Assembly (NCBI GenBank): GCA_951406725.2
Contig: OX597831.1
Coordinates: 28,334,001 to 28,398,000 of the forward strand
Direction of reading: 5' to 3'
Source: Octopus vulgaris
Lineage: Eukaryota
Length of the DNA stretch: 64,000 bases
Below the pieces are notes generated by a model that was given only the letters and a program-made list of their open reading frames with translations, was not told the origin of the DNA and ran no database searches. Positions 14,214 to 27,037 of this stretch are shown piece by piece (the first letter of the stretch is position 1; each line of letters starts with the position of its first letter). The translations under genes were made by a program, and so were the position numbers.

Positions 14214-14370
14214 TTCGATGGGCATCTTTCAGTTTCCCTCTACTAATTCCCCTCACAAGGCTTTGGTCGGCCCGAGGCTATAGTAGAAGATACTTGCCCA
14301 AGGTGCTACGCAGTGGGACTGAACCCAGAGCCATGTGGCTGGTAAGCAAGCTACTTAACACACAGCCTCA
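13970..14370 (-). mobile_element. SINE family B, diverged
   Basis: Aligns with 6417-6800. Confidence 0.85.
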
Positions 14371-14456
14371 TGCACATGCCTATTACTTGCGTACTACATT
14401 AATCCAATTATATCCAAAGCAACATTGCATTGATCACAGTACCGTAGCACCTAACA

Positions 14457-14513
<57 letters not shown>

Positions 14514-14924
14514 AACACACACACACACACACACTCACACACACACACACATGGGTACAAAGACACAGTTGACTAATATTATTGCCATTACATCATCTCT
14601 TTATCCAGCCCTTACTCTATTTAACTGGTCAGCCCTGCTGAAGGCCATTCTCCTTGGTATCCATCGCACACTCCACACTTTGAACCAAAACAACAGAAAG
14701 TTTTCCGAGATAAACACTTACTGCATCAATCTAATCGATGACATCATATGCGGTACTTAGATACTGGTGACACCGATACATCAATTGACTACATTAAATA
14801 TTGTTATTGATCTCTTACGATTGCTTTTCGTATTTCAGTTGCGATAACTGATAGAAATAAGTGTTTAATCGATGAAGCTTATTACTTTGATGTTGTTTAC
14901 TTTAAGTTGCAATGAATATAAATC

Positions 14925-15026
<102 letters not shown>

Positions 15027-15205
15027 GTCTGTCTATCTATCTATCTATCTGTCTGTCTATCTATCTATCTATCTGTCTGTCTGTCCGTCCGTCCGTCCGC
15101 CCGCCCGCCTGCCTGCCTGCCTGCCTGTCTACCTGTCTGTCTGTCTATCTATAAGTTTATATATGTATATATATATACATACACACACACCCTTATATAT
15201 GTATA

Positions 15206-15600
15206 CTAGCAGAGATACCCGGCGTTGCCCGTGTTACATACAATTGAAGAATTAGACTTTTCTGTTATATTTTCTCTAATGAACTGGAATATCTGTTTCG
15301 AATTTCATCAAAATTGCTGATGAGGGTTATTTCCCTCTTTATACACCCCTAAAAAATGGTAATCGTGCCACATATATCCCATACTACTGATTTTTATGCG
15401 CATATTCCAAAATTCCAGTCTTATTGAACCTGTTAAAAAGATTTTGCTCCTGAAAAACGAAGGTCATGGAGCTCTAAAATGTGAGAGTTAAGGCCCCTGT
15501 TGGGGGTGGTCATCTTAATGTCAACCAGAGAAGTTTAATTGTTGAGAATCTTTTTAACTTGGGTCTTATATCTATTGTTTGAATTTCTTTGAAATAGGAA
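15206..15600 (-). mobile_element. Helitron 3' end (second family); extent uncertain
   Basis: CTAG at 15206-15209 with hairpin CCCGGCGTTGCCCG at 15218-15231, same geometry as at 9008. Confidence 0.6.
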
Positions 15601-15960
15601 ATATATGTTCACTGGGTTTGTAAAAGAGAGCAAAGCTACAGGAAACCAATAGACGAATGATCACAATAAGCAGTCAGTTACCCTACCCTAGTCGTTACCA
15701 CTCCCAATATAGGATTTTCGTTGCCTAAAACGCTATTGCATAAGCCGAGCCGAGCTGTCAGTAATAGTGACGCCGTAGCACTGACTGTGCTGTCGTAGCC
15801 GTGACATTCACCACAATGGCGCTCAGAGCGAGCTCTGATAGCCGTAGCGCTGAATGTGCTGTCGTATGTATTTATATATGTATGTATATATATCTATGTA
15901 TATATATGTATGTATGTATGCATGTATGTATGTATGTATGTATGTATGTATATACGTATG

Positions 15961-16007
<47 letters not shown>

Positions 16008-16018
16008 AAGCATGTATG

Positions 16019-16073
<55 letters not shown>

Positions 16074-16356
16074 TGGAAAGTCATTTTAATAAGGATGAGT
16101 CTCCATAGGTTTCAACGTTGAGGATATATTTGTTCGATTAAATTCAATTATCCGCCCATTGAATCAGCATATAAGAGACCGAATCTTCCGCAGACATGTG
16201 TCCTGAACGTAATTCTCAGATATGATCAACGTAAGGCATTGTGTGAGGCAAATGTAACTTTTGAATTACAGGTACAATCCATCTGACAGACTTGTTCGAC
16301 TGAATACTTCAAGGTGATGCCTCAGCATGGCTGTAGTCCAATAGACAAAGACATAT

Positions 16357-16757
16357 AGGAGTGGATGTGTGGTAAGTAGCTTGCTTAAGAACCACATGGT
16401 TCCGGGTTCAGTCCCACTGCGTGGCAGTTTGGGTAAGTGTCTCCTATTATAGCCTCAGACCGACCAAAGTCTTGTGAGTGGATTTGGTAGACGGAAACTG
16501 AAAGAAGCCCGTCGTATTTATGTATATATATAGGTATGTGTGTGTGAGTATATGTTTGTGTGTCTGTGTTTGTCCCCCAACATCGCTTGACAACCGATGC
16601 TGGTGCGTTTACGTCCCCATAACTCAGCGGTTCGGCAAAAGAGACCGATAGAATAAGTACTAGCCTCACAAAGAATAAGTACTGGGGACGATTTACTCGA
16701 CTAAAGGCGGTGCTCCAGCATGGCCACAGTCAAATGACTGAAACAAGTAAAAGAGTA
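16357..16757 (+). mobile_element. SINE family B
   Basis: AGGAGTGGATGTGTGGTAAG...GGTTCAGTCCC head through CAGTCAAATGACTGAAACAAGTAAAAGAGTA tail. Confidence 0.9.
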
Positions 16758-16766
16758 TATACATAC

Positions 16767-16840
<74 letters not shown>

Positions 16841-17178
16841 AGATGTATGTGTATAGTGGTGCATGTATGTATGATATTTTTATTGAGATTTATTGAAATG
16901 CTTCGCAGAAGTCTAAGCACCCACTATGAAAGTGACAAAGCTGTTTTTGCGTGAGTCGAGACAACCAGTGATTTGTGAATATAAGTGAGTTAGTACGTGT
17001 CCATGTGCCTGCGCGTGTGTACCTGTGTCGGCGTGAGTGTATATATTTATGTGTATATAATTATATAATTCGGCGAATGTGTCTCTATATCTCGGTATAT
17101 ATCTGGTTATGTTCAAATCCATGTAATAGATATAGATGTTTCGTTAGTAAACGTGTTTGTAGGAAGACAATTTACGAG

Positions 17179-17232
<54 letters not shown>

Positions 17233-17613
17233 AAATACACATACGTGTGTGTAGAAATATATACAGGAAGCTGTATATATTTCTACTCACACGGCTGTTT
17301 CCTAAGGAGAGTGTTTATGCTGCCATTTCAACTTCAATTAAGTTAATTATCCCATAAATATATATTATCTTGCAAATGGCGCCTTAATCGTCCCTCGAAA
17401 GTTAATCTCTCTGACATGACTATATTTATATAAGCAACCACTTGGGGTATATAACCAGATAATTTCTAGCGATACAGTGTATATACTACTGGCTCATGGT
17501 CACCTGACTTAATCACTTACATTCATTGGATAACTTAAACACACGTCCCTTTCTCTCTCTCTCTCCCACCCTTTCTCTTTATATACACATATGTACATCT
17601 ATCTATCTGTCTG

Positions 17614-17680
<67 letters not shown>

Positions 17681-17810
17681 CTCTATCTGTCTGTCTGTCT
17701 GTCTGTTGTCTGTATGTCTGTCTGTCTGTCTGTCTGCCTGCCTGTCTGCCTGCCTGTCTGTCTACATATATGTATGTATATATGTGTGTATATGTATGAT
17801 TGTTTAAATG

Positions 17811-17866
<56 letters not shown>

Positions 17867-17987
17867 CTCTTATTTCCAGCAATGTAGGTGCGTAGGCACT
17901 TTTATTCAAACTTAGTAACGATTGAATTTTTCCTTTATGGTATCACATTGCGGCCAGCTGCTTACATACATACATACATACATACAT

Positions 17988-18049
<62 letters not shown>

Positions 18050-18256
18050 TTTTTTTCCTCGTCTAGGCTTATAGGCCCTTATTATTTGTTTTCCTGTCCT
18101 GTTTCTATTCCTTCTTGTACTGTATTTTTTGTAATTGTATTTTTATTTTGTATTTGTTTTTAATTGTATCGTTATTACGTCCTGTTTTTGTCACAGTTTT
18201 TTCCTTGTTTTTACCCCTCTGCAAAGGAATTTTATTTAATTCTTTCGCAGGAAGGA

Positions 18257-18332
18257 CTAGTTCGACGAGACGTGTTCTGTCCTCACCTTCGAAACACGCT
18301 GGAGTTGAACTAGGGACAGCTGATGAAGGTGA
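18257..18332 (+). ncRNA. Hammerhead-like motif with non-canonical strand order
   Basis: CGUGU-U-CUGUCC (18271-82), UCACCUUC-GAAACACG (18283-98) and GGACAG-CUGAUGA-AGGUGA (18314-32) supply stems I, II, III and the full core. Confidence 0.55.
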
Positions 18333-18620
18333 TTTTTCCTTGTGTAGTTGTCTTGTACTCTGTTTTTCCGTTGTTAAAAAAATGGTCCGTTCCATGCTGT
18401 TTTTACTTTTTCGTTTCTCGTTGAGTTCTACGTCTATTTGTGGTGTCCTGTACACACGTATATATATTTATATATGCATGTATATATACATGTAGATGTA
18501 GGTACGTACATATATGTTTGTATGTATGCATATATTTTATTTATTACACTATTGTATGACTGAGCGCCCTCGCGTCGATTCGATTCGTTTCGTTTTGTTT
18601 CGTTTCTTCTTCTCTAAGCT

Positions 18621-18665
<45 letters not shown>

Positions 18666-18829
18666 CTACAATGTAAATGTATTTCTATTTCTATTTCTAT
18701 GTCTTGTTATAGTTGTACTATATTAATGTATAATATCATTGCTATTGTGTAATGGTTTAATAAAGTATTGATTGGGTATTATCTGATAGTTGATGATTGA
18801 TTTAGATATATTTCTGCATTTTCTCATTT

Positions 18830-18896
<67 letters not shown>

Positions 18897-18898
<2 letters not shown>

Positions 18899-19085
18899 TT
18901 TTCTATTCTTTTATTCTTTCACTTGTTTCAGTCATTTTGACTGCGGCTATGCTGGAGCACCGCCTGTAGTCGAGAAAATCGAACCTAGGAGTTATTCTTT
19001 GTAAGCCTAGTACTTATTCTATCGGTTTTTTTGCCGAACTGCTAAGTTACGGGGACGTAAATACACCAGCATCCGTTGTCAAACA
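18897..19085 (-). mobile_element. SINE family B, 3' half
   Basis: Matches 6417-6600 and ends in (CA)/(TA) repeats. Confidence 0.85.
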
Positions 19086-19111
19086 TACATACACACACAC
19101 ACACATCTATA

Positions 19112-19183
<72 letters not shown>

Positions 19184-19215
19184 AGGTATATATACATATG
19201 TATGTATGTATGTAT

Positions 19216-19262
19216 GTGTCGAAGAGCGTAGGCTCGAAACGTTAATGACTTTCTCATTTTTC
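19216..19262 (+). mobile_element. Truncated Penelope-like terminus with hammerhead motif
   Basis: GTGTCGAAGAGCGTAGGCTCGAAACGTTAA shares GAAGAGCGTAGGCTCGAAACGTTAA with 43946-43970. Confidence 0.7.
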
Positions 19263-19411
19263 CCATCTTCAGCTTCCAATCAGATATGTTCGTTGCTTCG
19301 ACACCATGGACAGTATCACACTTTCCAACGATGTCGACAGTGCTTAAAAATAGCTGTAACAGTTCTTGGAGATACATGTACAAAACTTGTCTACGAAAGA
19401 TAAATTTGTTG

Positions 19412-19548
19412 GCACTCCGTCGCTTATGACATGAGAGTTCCAGTCGATCCGATCAACGGAACAGTCTGCTCGTGAAATTAACGTGCAAATGGCTGAGTAC
19501 TCCAAAGGCACGTCTACCCTTACCATAGTTCTCGGGGATATTCAGCGT
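19412..19548 (-). mobile_element. SINE family C, 3' portion
   Basis: Reverse complement of ~2925-3063. Confidence 0.8.
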
Positions 19549-19549
19549 A

Positions 19550-20290
19550 GGTCTCCGTGTTGAGTCAGGGGCGTGTGGGAAGATGAATGGAAATATAACG
19601 ACGCCATCACTACTGATCACGCCAAGCACAATGAAGTTGACTGGATGTTTGATTTTTATCACTCTCGGTACATGTCCTTAGACTGTACTGTCCTCAGATT
19701 GACACCCAAATATTGAAATGTTCGTATTGGAACTTCTGGCACGAATGCCAAGCAGTACAGAATGTCATTTTCAAATTTCTGGTAGGGGTGAATTGCGTCA
19801 TGGTGCTGTTTTACTCAAAGACGGTGCCCAACTAACCCTACTATACTGTGTAGTCGACAAAATAAAAAACAAACAATGCGCATGCACTACCTACTCCAGG
19901 TACTTGATTTAGGTCTTCGTGTTGAGTGTGAGGACGTGGGGGAAAAAATAAATGGGAGCATAACGTCACCATTACTAATGATCACTCTAAACACCATGAT
20001 GTTGAGACTGGATGTTTGATTTGTATCACTCACGGTACATGTTCGTATTGGTACACGTTCGTACTGGATCTTCCGGCGCGTCGTCGTATTGAAGCTCCTG
20101 GCGCGAATGCCAAGCAGTTCAGCGTATCATTTCCAAATTTCTGGCAGAGTGAATTGCGTCATGGTGCTGTTTATCTTACAGGATGGTGCCCAACTTACCC
20201 TACTATACTGCTTAGTCGACAAAATCAAAAACAAAAAATACGCATGCTTGAAATAAAAAAAATAAGATGGTGTCAATTTACCCACCGTAT
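19550..20290 (-). mobile_element. Two tandem decayed Tc1/mariner (maT-like) fragments
   Basis: KHPVNFIVLGVISSDGVVIFPFIFP resembles the V(M)VxGVxSxxG..PPxxF segment of DD37D/Tc1-type transposases; ~19550-19880 is repeated at ~19910-20240; possible TIR near 20270-20290. Confidence 0.5.
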
Positions 20291-20292
20291 CT

Positions 20293-20351
<59 letters not shown>

Positions 20352-20360
20352 ATATATATG

Positions 20361-20429
<69 letters not shown>

Positions 20430-20523
20430 ACATATATGTATATATATACATGTATATATATATATATATATATGTATATTTATATGTGTAAATATATATA
20501 TATATATGTATATGTATATATAC

Positions 20524-20566
<43 letters not shown>

Positions 20567-21494
20567 ACATACACACATGTGTGTGTGTGTGTGTGTGAAA
20601 TAGAGAGAAAGGTATTGTTGATTATATTGAACCGTGTACGTGTTTGGACTATTATTCATTGACCTCGAAAGAGTGAAAGAGAAATTTTCTGTCATCGGGA
20701 TTTGAGCTCATGGCAACGTTTCTTTTAATTCATCGCTCTTAACACTAACAAGAATTACAAAAGCAACAACAATAATGATAAATATGAACACATCAGTCTT
20801 ACAGAATATATTTAGTAAACATACATTTAATCTCTTTGTGTATATAGATCGCTATTGTTAAGCCCCAGGAGCTTAGGCTGCAAGGATAATGAAACAGGAA
20901 GCAAAAGCAAGCGGAATCGATCTGTCGTTCGTGTCGCCAGATGGCGCTATTGCCACTGACGGTCAATTGGTGACTGTATTCGTGTACTACCAACCATTAT
21001 ACCTACATCTGTGGTCAATATTTCGCTGTAGCTTGGGGTAGGATGTGTCTCTCTTAGAAATCGTTACTGAATGTTAGGGCAGTGGAAGTTAGAATCACCA
21101 GAGTGGTGATGGAAATATCTTGTGATGAATAGTTATATTGATAAGGGGCAAATACCCAGAAACCAGTCTGTGGTTGCCAAGCCAGCAAGAGGAAGTTGAG
21201 GACCTCCCATGTTCGAAGGTGTTATGGACGCATATTTGTGCGTCATATAGCTAGCTAGAGGCGATCTCCTCTCGGAGCTAATCAACAGCAGCATTCGTCC
21301 TATTTGTCTGGACTGCCACGTTGGTTTGACAATAGATATTAATAGTTATATTGTATTAGTTTAAATTTTATATCCGGTCCCCGAGAGAGAGAAGGAAGGT
21401 GATCAATAAAATATATAATAGTCCAAGTACTGAGGCTGATTTGATCGACTAAGTTCTCACTGCTAAATTTCTGGCCTTGTTGGGAATTTAAAAA

Positions 21495-21722
21495 TCATCA
21501 TTATCATCATCATCATCATCATCATCATCATCGTCGTCGTCGTCGTCGTCATCACCACCATCATCATCATCATCACCATCATCACTATCATCATCACCAC
21601 CATCATCATCACCACCATCATCCTCACCACCACCATCGTCATCATCACCACCATCATCATCCTCACCGTCCTCATCACCATCATCATAATCATCTTCATC
21701 ATCGTCATCATCATCATCATCG

Positions 21723-21767
<45 letters not shown>

Positions 21768-21950
21768 GCATCATCATCATCATCATCGTCCTCATCATCG
21801 TCGTCGTCGTTACCACCACCACCACCACCACTACCACCACCACCACCACCACCACCACTACCACCACCACCCTATTGTCGTCGCCGTCGTAGTCATTGAC
21901 GTTGTCGTCACCGCCGCCGTCGCCGTCGTTGATATTCTTATCATCATCAT
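21495..21950. repeat. Compound (ATC)n/(ACC)n/(GTC)n microsatellite
   Basis: Directly visible. Confidence 0.95.
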
Positions 21951-21951
21951 T

Positions 21952-22166
21952 AAGGCAGCGAGCTGGCAGAATTATTTGGACGCCGTAGAAAATGCTAAGT
22001 GACATTTCGTCCGTCTTGACGTTCTGAGTTCAAATGATGCCGAGGTCAACTTTGCTTTTCATCCTTTTGTGAACGATAAAGTAAGTACCAGTTGAGCACT
22101 GGGGTCGATGTGATCGTGTAAACCCTTCCTCCAAAATTTCAGGCCATGTGCCTAAAAACAGAAAGG
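21952..22166 (+). mobile_element. SINE family A, diverged
   Basis: AAGGCAGCGAGCTGGCAGAA...GTTCTGAGTTCAAAT...AAGTACCAGTTGAGCACTGGGGTCGAT. Confidence 0.8.
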
Positions 22167-22244
<78 letters not shown>

Positions 22245-22664
22245 GAGTGAGAGAGCAATGCATGACATCAAAGTGACTCTGGGATAAAATATACGAAGCC
22301 CAATATACCCATCATGACTACCCGTCTGATAAGGGTACACCAGGCACATGCATCACAACCATATGTGCGCGACATGGTGATCTCAAATCAAGATTAACAG
22401 CACATGACCTTGCAGGTGGGGGCCAGTTAGAATTTTCTTCTGGTCGAGTAGACCATCCTGCTCAAAAGGTCCCCGAATAAGGATTGTTTAAGGATGTTGA
22501 ACGAACCATGCATGTTTCCAAAGGTGAATTATCCAAACCTTCAAGAATTCCTTTCAACACACGGTTATGATGCTCCCCCACTACTTCTGCTCATGATCAG
22601 AGATGCGCATATCTTCAGCCATCAAGGGACATGCTCAGCTGGTTAAGGTCAAACAACTGACAAG
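22245..22664 (-). mobile_element. Non-coding (AAT)n-associated element, 5'-truncated copy
   Basis: Reverse complement of ~27170-27591; flanked by (ATT)n. Confidence 0.85.
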
Positions 22665-22821
22665 ATTATTATTATCATTATTAGTTTATTTTCCCTTCTT
22701 TCTTCAAATTTTCTTCCGTTTCTCGCCAAATGTTTTCCGTTATACCTAGGGCAGAGAAGCTCATTGTATGCATTCCCAGATTACACACGCAAATTCACAG
22801 ATAAATAATTGTATTAAAAAA

Positions 22822-22850
<29 letters not shown>

Positions 22851-22852
<2 letters not shown>

Positions 22853-25023
22853 TGTTTGACTTTTGCTTTATATTTGTACAAGTTGGCTCCAAGTCTCACC
22901 CAGAGACCTCAAGAGACAACAGGGTTGGAAGTTCATGTTGTTGTTATGCCTAGTGTGCCATATATTTGGGGGGTGGGGGTGTTGTACTAATGAATGTCTA
23001 AAAAATTTTTTTTTCTTTTTATTTTTAAACCGAAAATTATGTTTGTTTTAAACCTTGAGATTACATAGAAAGTATTTTGCGTAGGATATGAGCAGTTCCC
23101 ATGAGCACTATCTTTTGAATTTCTGCCATTTTGGGTTTCCTGGTATCTGAGTTAGGTAGCTATCAGCCCCTTTTGCTATCATTCCCAGGGCACCTATGAC
23201 AACAGGTATTGTTTTAGTCTTCAGGTTCCACATTTTGCTGATTTCTATTTCAAGATCTTTATATTTGCTCAGTTTTTGGTAGGTCTTGACAGATACGTTT
23301 ATATCGATTGGGACAGTCATATCAATGAGGAGGCATGTTCTTTGTTTGAAGTCTTTCAATATGATGTCTGGCCTATTTGCATCTATCTTTCTGTCAGTTT
23401 GAATGGTGAAGTTCCAGAGGAGTGAGATGTGGTCATTTTCAAGCACTGGGGGTGGTTTGTGTTCCCACCAGTTTTTTTCATGGGGCAAATCCAGGTTTTT
23501 ACAGATTACCCAGTGAATATATTGTGCAGCTCTATCGTGCCTGTTGAGATACTCTGTAGACGCTAGAAGACTGCACTTGGAGACCACATGGTCAATGGTT
23601 TCATTTTGTTGCTTGCATACACGACACGTTGGACTGCTTCTGATCTTTAATATGTTGGCCTGGTAGTTTCTTGTTGGTAGGCATTGATCATGAGCTGCTA
23701 TGATAAACCCCTCTGTTTCAGATTTTAAGCCAGAGGCCATTAGCCATTGATGGGTCAGGGCTTTGTCAACATCTGCATTATTTGCTCTCTTTGGGTATTT
23801 GCCATAAAGAGGTTTTTCTTGCCATTTATCATTCAGAATATCTAAGGCCGCAGATTTAGCACGGGTTTTCATGCACTTAGCTTTTTCTGTGCCTGTTTCT
23901 TGTATGTCTATCTCTAATTCCGAAATTTGTCGTATTCGGAATTCACTTAGATATTCCTTTGCCTGTTTTGTTACTGAGTATGATGCTTTCTTGTTTTCAT
24001 GTTTTGAGACAAGTTTTAACATCCAGTCCTCAGAGTTTTTCAGGTAGGTGTCTAGGCCAATTGTAGCAATCTTCATTGTTATTGCCAGTTGTAAAAGTCC
24101 ACGGCCTCCCTCTTTTCTTGGCAGATAAAGTCGTTCTGTATCTGCCTTAGGGTGGTGCATTCTATGCATTGTGAACAGTTTTCGTATTTTTCTGTCAAGA
24201 TTACATATTTCAGTAACGATATTGAAACTGTAAGTCACGACTGGTATGGCTAATGCATTGATCGCTTCGATCCTGTTTCTCGCATTCAGCTCTGTCTTGA
24301 GTATTGCTCTTACTCTGCGATAGCATTCTCTCCTGATCCTTTCCTTCATCTCTGAATGCCTTATTCCTTCTCCTTCAATTACCCCTAGATACTTGTAGTT
24401 CTCTGCTGGGTCTAATTCTTTTATGACATTCTGCTGGTCAAGGTTAACGTTAGATGTTTCTGTCATTTTTCCTTTGATAAAGGTAGCTTTTGCGCACTTA
24501 TCGAGACCAAATTGCATTCTGATGTCATCACTGAATTGTTTGACAATCGCTAGTAAGCCCTTGAGTTGTTGGTCATTTTTTGCAAAGAGCTTTAAATCAC
24601 CCATGTAAATGAGATGATTTATATTTTTATCAAACATTTTATATCCGTACTGCGCGACATTGAGCAGTTTTGAGAGAGGTATTAAGGCTAAACAGAAGAG
24701 GAGCGGTGATAGTGAGTCACCCTGGAAAATGCCACATGAAATTTTTACATCACCAGCATTTAGAGATTCATTGTCACTGTTCAAAGTTAGTGTGGTTCTC
24801 CATGATCTCATACTTACAGACAAAATGTTTCGCAGAGCAGGGTGCTATCTTATACATTTCTAGGCATTTATTAATCCAGCTATGTGGTAGGCTATCAAAA
24901 GCCTTTTTATAGTCTATCCAGGCTATTGATAAGTTTTTGTGTCGTTTGTGACAATCTTCTAAGATCATTTTATTGATGAGTAGTTGATCTTTACAACCGT
25001 AGGATCCACGTTTACATCCTTTC
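22851..25023 (-). mobile_element. 5'-truncated Dong/R4-clade non-LTR retrotransposon (RT, CCHC knuckle, restriction-like endonuclease) in (AAT)n
   Basis: [62 protein letters not shown] and K..KY motifs; (ATT)n on both flanks. Dong elements are known to target (TAA)n. Confidence 0.93.
23108..24968 (-). pseudogene. Inactivated RT-RLE ORF of the Dong/R4 element
   Basis: Frameshift near 24830 between ORFs 24774-24968 and 23108-24823; catalytic YMDD reads YMGD; C-terminal frameshift compared with the 4118 copy. Confidence 0.88.
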
Positions 25024-25146
<123 letters not shown>

Positions 25147-25162
25147 CATTATTATTATTATT

Positions 25163-25318
25163 CTATGTTTGACTTTTGCTTTATATTTGTACAAGTTGGC
25201 TTCAAGTCTCACCCAGAGGCCTCAAGAGATAACAGGTTGGAAGTTCGTGATGTTGTTATGCCTAGTATGCCATATATTTGGTTTTGTATTTAGTGTTGTA
25301 CTAGTGAATGTCAGAAAA
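25163..25318 (-). mobile_element. Dong/R4 3' UTR fragment
   Basis: Matches 22851-23005; embedded in (ATT)n. Confidence 0.85.
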
Positions 25319-25319
25319 A

Positions 25320-25430
<111 letters not shown>

Positions 25431-25468
25431 TGTTGTTGTTGTTGTTGTTGTTATTATTATTATTTTTA

Positions 25469-25530
<62 letters not shown>

Positions 25531-25927
25531 GTTATTATTATTATTTGTCTCGTTTCTCCGTTCTTGCTAAGTGTGTGTATTGTATTCAGTAGATACTGAT
25601 CTCAGTTTAGACTTGTTAATAATTTTATTGGATTATCTTTTATCAAATTGATTGGACATGAAACAAGAGACTCAACTTTATTGAATATAGCTTATGTTGG
25701 ATAAATGCTGGCTTATAACCGCAAAAGAATTGACATCGATATAAATACAATAAAATTACATTCAAACCCTCTCTTTCTCTCACGCACATACATACAAATA
25801 CACAAGCACTAACACACATACAAATGCATACATATGATTGGTTACATAGCAACAGAATCCTTTTCAGAGATGAATAGTTATAATGGTTTGTATTGGTGGC
25901 TATTGTTATGAATAAGCAAGATGTATT

Positions 25928-26722
25928 TAGATATAATAGTTAGTAGGACAACCAATATAGTGAAATACTGATCGTTTATGTAGATATAATAGTTGGTAGT
26001 ACTACAGTAGAGTGAAATATTAATTAGATATGTATTGGGTTGTCCGGAAAGTTTGTGCCGATTTTTAAAGGAAAGAAAAAGGTCAATAAATACTTGCCAT
26101 TACATTTTTAATCAACCAAATATGAACCATTTTGTTGTACAATGCGTCTCCATCTTCCCTTTAACTTGAAAATACCCTCTTCTCAGAATTGAGGTGGTTT
26201 CATGGCAAAGAATTCATCAAGGTATCTTTTTACGTCATCTAAGGAATTGAAATTTTTACCATTATGACTATTCTGCAGAGACCTAAATAAGTGGAAATAC
26301 AAATGAGCAATATCTGGTGAATATGAAGGGTGGGGTAACTCATCCCAGCCGAGCTGCAGCAATTTTTGTCAGGTTCCCAAAGCATCAATCGCCAAAAATG
26401 AACTTTCCTATCTTCTATTTGAAAGGGTTACAGAATTAGCACAGGTTATAGGAACATAAACCTCCTTCCACGAAAAGATAGCTTAAACTGTGCTCTAAAT
26501 GGAGGTGTAGCTAAATCCTATTTTATGGACTCAACCATGTTCTAAAATAAGTCGAAAGGTAAGCTACTATAAAACGGCACGAACTTTTCGAACAACCCAC
26601 TATAATTAATACAATGAAAAATGATCAGATGTGCAGATATAGTTAGTAGTACAACTCGTACAATGAAATACTGCCCACATAGTAGATATAATAGTTAGTA
26701 GTACAACTAGTATAGTGAAATA
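25928..26722. repeat. Degenerate ~50-bp minisatellite (GATATAATAGTTAGTAG...TAGTGAAATA) interrupted by a mariner
   Basis: Units near 25930, 25983, 26636 and 26684, and again at ~27794-27830 after the SINE-like insertion. Confidence 0.6.
26033..26602 (-). mobile_element. Internally deleted mariner with TIRs and TA target duplication
   Basis: TA|TTGGGTTGTCCGGAAAGTTTGTGCCG and CGGCACGAACTTTTCGAACAACCCAC|TA; minus strand encodes QKLLQLGWDELPHPSYSPDIA (YSPDL motif). Confidence 0.88.
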
Positions 26723-26912
26723 CAGTTCTGTATTTAAGAGATGAGGAATTATGTACATTGTTTACATTATTTACATTTGACGGATTTTTGTCCTCATCTT
26801 GTTTGATGTTAACGCAACGTTTCGGCTGATATACCCTCCTCGAGCATATGGCGTAGTGGTCAAGAGCGCAGGCTACTAACCCCAAGATTCCGAGTTCGAT
26901 TCCAGGCATTGA

Positions 26913-26984
<72 letters not shown>

Positions 26985-27001
26985 TGATGATGATGATGAT
27001 G

Positions 27002-27034
<33 letters not shown>

Positions 27035-27037
<3 letters not shown>

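Noticed and set aside
23108-24823. Active reverse transcriptase
   Set aside because: 5'-truncated, frameshifted, and the catalytic YMDD reads YMGD.
26842-26916. Functional tRNA gene (apparent ACT anticodon)
   Set aside because: Acceptor, anticodon and T stems pair poorly and there is no poly-T terminator; treated as a SINE head, as are those at 2684 and 46740.
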